A model generated the notes under the pieces. That model did no database searches, was not told where the DNA came from, and saw only the letters and a list, made by a program, of their open reading frames with translations. A program made the position numbers and the translations under genes. Source: Eledone cirrhosa (lineage: Eukaryota). From it: DNA of 64,000 nucleotides. Location of the stretch: positions 131,006,001 to 131,070,000 of the forward strand of contig OZ024745.1 in assembly GCA_964016885.1 (NCBI GenBank), written 5' to 3'. This document shows positions 40,196-51,361 of the stretch, piece by piece (positions within the stretch are counted from its first letter, which is position 1; every line of letters begins with the position of its first letter).

Positions 40196-41225
40196 CTGTA
40201 GGAAAAACAGTGAGAATAAGAGAGAGAGAAGAAAAAATGTAGTTTAGTTGGTTGCCATGTTGTTTTGTAGCAATGGTATATTAGTGAAAGCATGTTATTT
40301 TTAAAGGAAGACTAAAATAGAGAAGAAAAGAAACAAATAATGAAGAAAATGAAGGAAATAACTTTAAAATATATTCAGTTTTCTATTTCTCAGGTTGACT
40401 AGTACATCTTTTTACTGTATTTATCATTAGTACTCACTGTAAATGAGGTTGGTGTTAGGAAGGGCATCCAGCTGTAGAAATCAAGCCAAAATCAGTTCTG
40501 TATGAGCAAGACAAGGTCAACTGACCTGGCATTGCCCACAACAGGACAACCCATTTAACCCATGCTAGCGTGGAAGAATGGACATAAAACGGTGATGATG
40601 ATGATCATCATCATCATTTGAAGTCCACTGACTTGGGTTGGATAGATCATTAAAGTCTGAGTCAGTTCTTATTCAGAGTTGCTGCTCTTCTAGATGGCTC
40701 AAAAGACCATGTTTCACTTTTGGCATGGTTTCTATAGCTGGATGTCCTTCCTAACCACAAACACTGTATCTTGACTCCCTAGAGAGGCCGTCATGTCCTC
40801 AACATCACTAAACAGTCGTTTCTACTATAATAGAGGCTTCTCTATTCACATTAAAATTATTTAACACACATCTACATATAACCCAAGTATATTATAAAGA
40901 GTCAAGACCCACAGCTGAGCTCTTGCCATTTCAACAGCTAATTCCAGACTGGAACTAGCTGTTGAAATGATGGCTGCAATTCAATTTCGAGTAATGCCAT
41001 CACTTGATACTTAAGCATGGGCATCATTGACGTGGCTTTTTTAGTCCTACTAGGGACTTGCCTATGGCCAGCCATGCCATGCATCACAAAAGATTTCACA
41101 TATCAAGTGGTGCTTGTACGTAAAGCTTTTTTAAGTGCGGAAAGGCTTTGCATGGGGCCAATCCCACTCTCTCAACATCAAAAAGTAGAACTGGTCTACA
41201 TCATTGGATGCAAACAAAGTCACAG

Positions 41226-41427
<202 letters not shown>

Positions 41428-41633
41428 TGTAAATATATATATATATACACAAAAGTATATATATATATATATATATAGATGTACACGGGTGTGTATGATT
41501 GTGTATAGAAGATTATATTAATAAAAGGAATTCCAACTTTGTCTGATTTACTCATTTTATTTACAATCCTTTAAAATTTATAATGGTATTAGAATGAAAT
41601 AGTATGGTAGAATATTAAATGTTAAGTGTTAAT

Positions 41634-41672
41634 TGAACAAGTACTTTCATGCTTTCGCAATCTTCAGGTTCA
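41634..41672 (-). ncRNA. Minimal type I hammerhead ribozyme candidate, sense to B4GALT7
   Basis: Minus strand: TGAAC-CTGAAGA-T-TGC(GAAA)GCA-T-GAAA-GTAC-TT-GTTCA. Confidence 0.72.
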
Positions 41673-41830
41673 TATTCTGTACTGACAGTCAAGTTTGCAA
41701 TTATATATATATTAAAAGCAACAATTTTGGGTATTGATTTACCATAAATGAATAATAAGTTATAGACAGAAAATAAGACAAAGAATGATAGAAAGATAAA
41801 CAGATACAGAGATATAGAAATGGAGGTTAA

Positions 41831-43167
41831 CCCTTTAGCATTCACATTAATTTTCAAATGTCATGCTTATCTGTTCGCACAAAAGTAGAAACAATTATTT
41901 TGAGTTAATCATACTCAAGAGAGTTATCAATTTTATTTGTTTGTAATTTTCTTAATTTTCTATGTGCAGGCTTGAAATTTTGTCAGTAGATGTTTAAATA
42001 TCAATAATTTACAATTATATAATTTTACCTGATTTTTTTGGTTAAATTTGACTTTTATGGGCAGGTGAAATTAACTAATACGGGCATTTGAAGTATCAAC
42101 CAGGTGCAAATACTGGTTTAATTTTAAATATGTTGTTTTCGGCATAATACTTGATATATAAGAATCACTAAACCTTATATCAGTGTTCCAGTAATTCCAC
42201 AGTCTTGGAAATTGTTTTATACCGAACATAATATTTACGGTAAAAAATGCTTGCATTTCCGCAGCATCTGTCGGTCGCCAAACAGATCAGGTTTTCCTTG
42301 ATTTGAAGTTTGTTGCTGGGCATATCGATTAATCTCTTCTGCCACAACTTCGAAGAAAGTTTGTGGTAAAAACAAAAAGAAATAATCCAGTGCTTTAACA
42401 TCGGGAGCTAATGTGTGTTGTGGACCAGTATTTTGAATAAAATCGAGAACATATATTGGTGTGGTATTTTTCAACCACATTCCTGTAATATTTTCAATGG
42501 CATCCTGGAGATCTCCTTCGTTTTCATTTTCAAAACAACAATCATCGTCGGATGAAATTTCAGAAATATACATGTCTGATACATTTGAAGATAAATCATC
42601 ATCATCATTTCACGTCCACTTTTCCCTGCTTGCAAGGGTGGGACGGGAACTGATTCTGGCTTGATTTCTACAGCTGGATGCCCTTCCTAACACCAACCTC
42701 ATTTACAGTGAGTGCTGGGTGCTTTTTTTTGCTGTGGCACCTCCACAACCACTTTGCAGTGGAATGATATGGACCCCAGTCCCTATCATCTAACAACTAA
42801 GCCATGTGCCTCCATTAAGCACTAATATTATCTTTTGTTTCTTGTTCATTCCGAATGTCGTTGTGTGTAAAACCTTCAAAGTCGGTATCGCTACTTTCAC
42901 AAGCCATGTTGATACACAAAAAATCTGTTCTACTTTCAACGTTAAAAAAAACACATGTTGCTTTAAGTTGTTTCACTATATTAAGTGTTAATTTTCGTGG
43001 TAAGGGCCTAATCTCGCAGTAATCTCGAATTGACAAGATTTTGATGATGGCTTATTTATTTTTAGAACGATATTTTAGTGTGGGTGTTATCGGCCGGTTT
43101 CGGGCGGTTTGAACAAATGAAGGGGAAATAATTTCGGCCGGTTTCGGGCGGTTTGAACACTAAAGGG
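41831..43167 (-). mobile_element. Internally deleted piggyBac transposon with transposase remnant
   Basis: TTAA TSDs (41827-30, 43168-71) and CCCTTTAG TIRs. Minus ORFs DYFFLFLP..FEVVAEEINRYA and MQAFF...MFGIKQFPRLWNYW...SSIMP...YLHLVD resemble the N-terminal half of a piggyBac (DDE_Tnp_1_7) transposase. Interrupted by a SINE at ~42595-42812. Confidence 0.85.
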
Positions 43168-44200
43168 TTAATGAAGAGATGGTTAGATAAGTAGACAAAT
43201 AAACATACTGTGGTGGAAGGGAGGGTGAGGGAAGTAGGGAGGGGATGGGAGGAAGGGAGGGTGGGAGGACGGGTGGTAGGTAGAAAGGGATGGAGGGAGC
43301 GAGAGAGGAGAGAGGAAAGTAGCAATGAAAGAAGGTAGGTAAATCTCTGTCAAATTACAACTACCATTGAATAATTATTTCTACTTTTTGGCACAAGGCC
43401 AGCAATTACCCAGTACATTACTGGTACTTTATTTTATCGACCCCGTAAGGATGAAAGGCAAAGTTGACCTCAGCGGGATTTGAACTCAGACCATAAAGGG
43501 ACATAACTATGGTGGAAAGCATGGCGTCTGACTCTCTACCGATACTGCCAATAATGTAATCTAGATAGATGATGCCAGAAAGAAGGACAAGATAGTGAGG
43601 GGTTGTCAGTAACGGCTGATTGGGAACTAAAACAACAATAGATAGAAACAGCCGAATATATGTGTGACATCGTGTTAGAAAATAGCCTTATTGTGACAAA
43701 AAAAAGAATGACACACAGACACACACAGACACACACACACACTCACACAGAGACACACACACACACAGACACACACACACACTCACACACACAGACGCAC
43801 ACTCACACACAGACAGACACACTCACACACACACACACACATACACTCACACACACACACACTCACACACACACACAGGCACACACTCACACACAGACAC
43901 ACAGACAGACAGACACACACATTCATACAAACACACACTCACAGACAGTCATACATATTCATACAGACACAGACAGATACACACAGACAGACTGACCCAC
44001 ACACACACATATTCATACACACAGACAGGTACACACACACATATACACAAACACAAACACACAAACATAAACACACACACACATACACACAGCCACACAC
44101 AGACACAAACGCGCACACACACACACACACACACACAAAACACACACAAACTCAAACACACACACACACACAGACACACACACACATGATAAATACTTAC

Positions 44201-44305
44201 ATAGCGCTGGTTGAAGAAACGGTTGGTATCACGTCGATGCTTTTTGGAATCATGTAAATGTTTGAAGGTTTTACTACCTGTTGTGATATTTTGTGGCCGA
44301 GATAT
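44201..44305 (-). CDS. B4GALT7: B4GALT7 coding exon 4
   Basis: 105 nt, TGCAG acceptor and GTAAGT donor. Encodes ISRPQNITTGSKTFKHLHDSKKHRRDTNRFFNQRY (HLH metal-binding motif). Confidence 0.94.
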
Positions 44306-44549
44306 CTGCAATAATGAAGAAGACATTGATCATGAACAGGTATGGACACATATTTATAAAAAACATATGACTCCCACCAAAACATCGCAACCCACCCCCA
44401 CCCCAAACACTGACTGACCTGCAACAAGAAGACATTGATCATAAACAGGTATGGACACATATTTATAAAAAAAACACACAAACCCCAAACACCCCCACCC
44501 CCTCCAAAAAAACACCTACTATAGAACTTTCTGTAAGTTTCTTGTGTAA

Positions 44550-44800
44550 GGTGCAACTGAAGGAGAGGGCTCAGGATGTAGCCATGGTGGACTTTACCTT
44601 GTACACTAAACTCCTCGTTAGCCTGGAGAGAGCTAAAGACAGACCCATGGTGAGCTGCAACCTGTACACTAACCAGGCACTGTTTCAATAAAAAAAACCT
44701 TACTAGTACCTGAAAGGTACATGGTTTGAATATAGCCTGTCTCAATAGCCCAGTCCACCAAGCTGTAAACAAGTACAACATGTATAGTACAACTGTTGTA
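44550..44800 (-). mobile_element. Degenerate RTE RT fragment
   Basis: IQTMY...EEFSVQGKVHHGYILSPLL resembles IQAMY...EEFSVKVGVHQGSVLSPLL of the intact RTE. Confidence 0.6.
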
Positions 44801-47800
44801 AGGAGTTGTCAGATATTCCTGCAAGCATAATTTACAGATAGATGGAAACGACCATGTTAAGAAACTCCAATAAAACAAAGACTTTAGTTCTCCAACTATA
44901 AAAGTTATAGGAGTCACCAACATAAACATCCTATACCAAAGAAAATGGAATTAACAAATCTACTTGAGGAGATCATGACAATGTTACAAAAGGGAAAAAT
45001 CCTGGAGAATTTAACCCTTAAATAATTGCCTGTTTCAAGTTCCAGCAAAGAGCAGGGTAAGTACTGTCTTGATGATGGCTAGAGCCTGAAATGTGACAGT
45101 TGTTACCCGCTACTTCTGCTGGAATCTGCCAGACGGTGCCTTTCAATAATCATAGCTAGGCTTTCCAAATGTTTATTTATTAAACATACTGTATATCATT
45201 AGATACAAAAGTCACATACTTATATGTATACAGTTACGTTGGAGCTAAGATTTTTATTCCAAATATCTTTAACAATGAATGATCCAGTTCTTCAATGGAA
45301 TTGCCTACATATCAAATTTACATATAAATGGCCAAGTATTCCATAGAGGTGTGTGGTATCTGTTCAAGTTTTGTGTATTCTAAATTCAAATATGGCCTTC
45401 ACAGTGGTAAATAGTGACAAACATCCAAGAAATCTCCTTTCAGATGCAACTTCATATGAGGTCAGCAAAACCTGTGCAGATATCAACAGCAACAACTGTG
45501 ACCATAGGCAGACTAACAGAAAAAGTAGTCTTTCTCAGTAGGAGATGCACAGAGGTAATTAATAGTAAGAACCCCGATGTAATAAACTTTCTCCAAAGCC
45601 AAGAAAGTAGAAATAGTTGATGGTTTCTGTTATGGAAGTGACAGAATTAATAAAGGAGGAAATTGCATGAAAGTATAGTAGCTAGAATAAGAACAATCTA
45701 GAAAAAGTTCAGAGAACCACTGTATTGCATTCTTTTTTACCAATGTAGAACTACACTGCCAAACATGTCCTTACTTTTTAAAATGGTATGGTGTAATTTT
45801 GAGGAGGATTTGGCAGCTACTTCTAGTAAATCCTGTGATCATGTAGAGATACTCTCATTAACTAGTAGTAATAGCAACAGTATCATCAGCAGCAGCATCA
45901 ACGGCAGCAAGCAAACAAGCAAAAAGAGCAGGCTCTTAGTTAGTTGCCTCTAATTCACAGTGTTGATCACCTACCACATCTAACCAACACCAAAACCAAT
46001 ATCAATACAAAAGTCAGACCTCTTTTCACTTGATACTGTTATTGTAAAAAGAAATGACAACATCATTTGCAGAACAAGAATACAAGCTAATTTTCCATCC
46101 ATACTAGGTTAACAAAATAATAATAATAATAATAATAAATAATAAATAAACCAACAGTAACAACAACAACCAAAACAATACAAAATAAACAAATATAATT
46201 TCTTAAACTAAAACTGAAAACAAAAATATAAAATATAAAAAAAAAAAATGCTGATAGAATAAAACTGGAAATTCCAAAACGCACGGCACCATTTCTAAAG
46301 CAAAAGGAGCCAAAATTTTGTCTCAAAAGAAAGATTATCACTGATTCCTATTGGAAAAGCCATTGGCAATGAATACACAAAATTCCGAAATTTGCTTTCA
46401 TCAGGAATTCTATAACATCATTCCGAATGCCTATTAACATTTTAGTTTAGTTTTTTATTTTTCTTCTATTTACTTTATTCTAATTTAAATACACATATAC
46501 ACACACATTATATATATACACACACATACACATATTTATATATACACACACACACACATTTATATATACACACATTATATACATATATATATACACACAC
46601 ACACTATATCTATATATACATTTATATATATACATATATAAAGGGTAAAAGGGTATATATATACACATATATATATATATATATCATAAATGAATTATAT
46701 ATATATGACATACAAATATATGCTGTGCATGTAAATGTATTAAGTTTATTATGCATACATTTAAAAAAAGTATGTGATTTAGTAGAATCATTAAAGTGTT
46801 GGTACTCTGTTCCTGAGTTCAAATCCTGCCAAGATCAACTTTGATTTTCATCCTCCCAGGGTTGATAAAATAAAGTAACGGGGGGGGGGGGGGGGTCGAT
46901 ATAATCGACTGTCACTCCTCTGAAATTTGATGGACTTATGCCTAAATTAAAAAAAACCTTAACTGCTTATATTAACCCTTTACCATTCACATTACTCTAT
47001 ATATACTATTATATTTTTGTGGTAAAGGCTTTACCTTACATAATTATCTCACATAATATCAAATCTATGAGATTTTGATGTTATTTATTTTGAGAACAAT
47101 ACCTTAACATCAGTATGAGTGGTTGGTTACAGAAAAAAGTGAGGGAATTCTGGCTGGATACAACCGGTTTAAATGATAAAGGGTTAAATGCATAAAGCCA
47201 AAGCCTCTTGAAGTTGCTGTTGGGATTTTACATATCTCTATATATATATTAGAAAGAGTTAAGGCCCAACAGCTGCACTCTTGCCATTTCAACAGCTCAT
47301 TCCAGAGAGTATGGAACTAGCTGATGAAACAGAAAGAACTCAGCCACCAGTCACACCTCCCTCGCCATCGTCCGGTGAAAAGCCTTCTCGATTCTCTGCC
47401 AGCGCGTGGGACCCCATTTGTTCATAATAGTGAGAGATGGGGAAGGTGATGACAGTGGGAGTTTGGTTCCTCTGTGTTCGGACCTGGTGTACATGTGTGT
47501 GTATTTTTACACCCCTTGACTACTGTGAGTATAAGATATGTTATTTCTGCAGACACATATATGTGAAGAAGGTAAACCCACCTCACTCAGACATACACAC
47601 ACTAACAGTCAAACTCTACTGCCCCGAGTATCAAGTACTCTGTTGAATAATGGTCTAATTAGTTTAAAACTGTACTATATGCAGGTAAACCCCACTAATG
47701 TTGGTGTCACATGGAGTTATTAGTGCTACTACTAAACACAAGCCCATTAAGCCTCTACTATATACAAATGTATAAGAGGAATCAAATGTACTGCAGTTTA

Positions 47801-47927
47801 TTTCACATTGCTCCAGTCTACTCAACTGGAAACAATGTGTTGTACCTGTAATTTGAAGGGACAGCCTTGTCCCAGTCTGTGTCACACTGAATCTCCCTGA
47901 GAACTATGTTACGGTTGTGGTAATAGC

Positions 47928-48126
47928 AGTAGCATCAGTAGTAGTAGTAGCAGTGTCAGCAGCAGTAGTAGTAGTAGCAGCAACAGCAATAGTAGCAGCA
48001 GTAGTAGTAGTAATAGTAGCAGCAGTAGTAGTAGTAATAGTAGCAGCAGTAGTAGTAGTAGTGTCAACAGAAGTGTCAGCAGTAGTAGTAGTAGTAGTAT
48101 ATTATTATTATTATTATTATTATTAT

Positions 48127-48185
<59 letters not shown>

Positions 48186-48565
48186 TCAGCAGTAGTAGTA
48201 GTAGTAGTAGTAGTAGTGTCAGCAGCAGTAGTTGTAGCAGTAGCAGTAGTAGTAGTAGTAGTAGTGTCAGCAGTAGTAGTAGTAGCAGTAGTAGCAGTAG
48301 TAGTAGTAGTAGCAGCAGCAGTAGCAGTAGTAGTGTCAGCAGTAGTAGTAGTAGCAGTAGCAGTAGTAGTGTCAGCAGCAGTAGTAGTAGTAGTAGTAGT
48401 GTCAGCAGTAGTAGTAGTAGTAGTAGTAGTAGCAGCAGCAGTAGCAGTAGTAGTGTCAGCAGTAGTAGTAGTAGCAGTAGTAGTAGTAGTGTCAGCAGTA
48501 GTAGTAGCAGTAGTAGTGTCAGTAGTAGTAGTAGTAGTAGCAGTGTCAGCAGTAGTAGTGTCAGC

Positions 48566-48611
<46 letters not shown>

Positions 48612-49195
48612 TCAGCAGTAGTAGTAGTAGTAGTGTCAGCAGCAGTAGTAGTAGTAGTAGTAGTGTCAGCAGTAGTAGTGTCAGCAGTAGTAGTGTCAGC
48701 AGTAGTAGTAGTAGTAGTAGTAGTAGTGTCAGCAGTAGTAGTAGTAGTAGTAGCAGTAGTAGTGTCAGCAGTAGTAGTAGTAGCAGTAGTAGTAGTAGTG
48801 TCAGCAGTAGTAGTAGCAGTAGTAGTGTCAGTAGTAGTAGTAGTAGTAGCAGTGTCAGCAGTAGTAGTGTCAGCAGTAGTAGTAGCAGCAGTAGCAGTAG
48901 TAGTAGTAGCAACAGTAGCAGCAGCTGTAGTAGTGTCAGCAGTAGTAGTAGTGTCAGCAGCAGTAGTAGTAGTAGTAGTAGTGTCAGCAGTAGTAGTAGT
49001 AGTAGTAGTAGTAGCAGTAGTAGTGTCAGCAGTAGTAGTAGTAGCAGTAGTAGTAGTAGTGTCAGCAGTAGTAGTAGCAGTAGTAGTGTCAGTAGTAGTA
49101 GCAGTGTCAGCAGTGTCAGCAGTAGTAGTGTCAGCAGTAGTAGTAGCAGCAGTAGCAGCAGTAGTAGCAACAGTAGCAGCAGCAGTAGTAGTAGT
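47928..49195. repeat. (AGT)n/(AGC)/GTCAGC compound minisatellite
   Basis: Directly visible; source of the poly-T/V/L ORFs. Confidence 0.95.
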
Positions 49196-50404
49196 ACAGA
49201 TGAGAGATACTTTAGATAAAGTGGTATCCATTGTTGTTTGAGGGTTCCTTATTGTTTTAATTTAATATTTATTTACATTCAGCTTCCTTTGTCGTGCTCC
49301 AGTTTGTTGGGGTTTCGTTTTTAGTCTCTTTTTATATATATTTTATTTTCTAACTGCTTTTTTTATTTAGTGTTTTTCGTTACTATATATATTTTTTTTG
49401 CTTTAAATCTTATTTTATTTAGAAACATTCCACAATATTCCACACAGTCTTCTCTTCACCTCACCCACTTGCTCCCTCCAGCCAACCACAAAACATCTAT
49501 TTTATATAAATGGTTGCTTCCTTTTTACAGTCTCTCACATCTATTCTCATTCCTTTTCCTTCTTTTCTTTCTCCTCTTTCTTCTTCTCTTTTACCCCCCC
49601 CCCCTCCACACACACATCAGATATTCAAAAATTCTTTTGATATAGATAAATAAACTAAATAAATAAATAAAGGCCATAATAACAACAGTAGTAGTAGTGG
49701 TGGTGGTGGTGGTGGTGGTAGTAGTAGTAGTAGTAGCAGCAGCAGTAGTGGTGATGGTGGCGGTGGTAGCAGCAACAGTAGTAATAGTAGTAGTACTGTG
49801 GTGGTGGCAGTAGTAATTCCAGTAACAACAACAACAACAATAACAATGAACATTGATGTGAAAATGATAAAAATTATTATCACTGTAAGGCAAATAATGA
49901 TGATGATGATGATTACTATAAAATTGGTAAAAAAAACAAAAAAAAACAAAAAAAAAACAAACAAGAAAAAACAAGAAAAAACAACAACAAAGAAAAATGA
50001 ATTTATTTTTCTTACTTTCTGTTTTTTTTTTCTTTTGTTTCACTCAAAGAAATTCCAATGCTTTTCTCCAAACAATTTGTTTTTCAATAACCAATGTATA
50101 GAGTAGCTTTGTTATTTAGTGTTTTGGCAGGTGTGGTGGTTGCTCTACTGCCTTTTTATGTTTGTTTTGTCTGTTGTTTCTTTTTGTCTTTTGTCATTTT
50201 TTTTTTGTTTATCATTGGATTCAAAATGTATTTATGGTTCTGCCGAAATTCTCTTTTTAACAACCTTACATTTTATTTGCATTTCAGTTACCAATATATA
50301 ATACAATAATAAACATACTCAGTCATACACATATATGTATGTACATGTATATAGATATATAGATATTTGTGTGTGTGTGTGTATATGTATATATATATGT
50401 ATGT

Positions 50405-50750
50405 GAAGGCACATGGCTTAGTAGTTAGAGCATTGGCCTTGCAATCGAAAGGTTGTGAGTTCAATTCTCAGACCGGGTGATGTGTTGTTTCCTTGAACAA
50501 GACACTTTATTTCACATTGCTCCAGTTTGCTCAGCTGTAGAAATGAGATGATAGGGCCTGGGGTCCCTATCATTCCACTGCAAAGTGGTCGTAAAGGTGC
50601 CACGGCAAAAAAAAAACACCCAGCACTCACTGTAAATGAGGTTGGTGTTAGGAAGGGCATCCAGCTGTAGAAATCAAGCCAGAATCAGTTCCCGTCCCAC
50701 CCGTGCAAGCAGGGAAAAGCGGACGTAAAATGATGATGATGATGATGATG
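50405..50750 (+). mobile_element. tRNA-derived SINE with CORE-like centre and RTE-derived tail (copies 37460-37808 -, 42595-42812 -, 60600-60926 -)
   Basis: A box TGGCTTAGTAG, B box GAGTTCAATTC, CORE-like CCTTGAACAAGACACTTTA. The 3' part GGTTGGTGTTAGGAAGGGCATCCAGCTGTAGAAA...GGACGTAAAA(TGA)n matches the RTE 3' UTR. Confidence 0.85.
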
Positions 50751-51296
50751 TATGTATATGCATATGTATATGTATATATATAGATATATATATATGTATG
50801 TATGTGTGAATATATATATATGTGTGTGAATACAATAAATGTAATCTGAGTTTTTCAAATATTAATAATAAAATTGAGGCTTATTTGCATAATTGCAAAC
50901 GAATCGAGTGTTATTAATATTCGAAAAACTCAGATTACATTTATTGTATTCAACCATGTAGAGCGGACATTTTCTTTTTTATTTGTGTGTATATATATAT
51001 ATATGTGTGTGTGGGTATGTATATGTATATATGTATGTATGAATATGTATGTATGTATATATGTCAATGTGGTTGGCATTAGGAAGGGCATCCAGCCTTA
51101 GAAAACCAGCCAGAAACACCCCTATATGATCGAGACAGTCAACCGACGCAACTTGCCTCAAAATAGGACCTGTCACGGTGGAGATGACGAAGGACCGTGA
51201 CAAGTGAGGAGATGCTGTGCTGAATAAGACCCGTCCCACCCTTGCAAGCAGGGAAGAGCGGACGTATGATGATGATGATGATGATTGCCTATATAC

Positions 51297-51330
<34 letters not shown>

Positions 51331-51361
51331 TGCCTATATATACATATATATATATTGCCTA

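Noticed and set aside
47909-49241. Mucin-like Thr-rich ORF
   Set aside because: Trinucleotide-derived repeat inside a B4GALT7 intron; no signal peptide or splice support.
50405-50480. tRNA-like A/B boxes (here and in other SINE heads)
   Set aside because: SINE heads with no complete cloverleaf; not tRNA genes.
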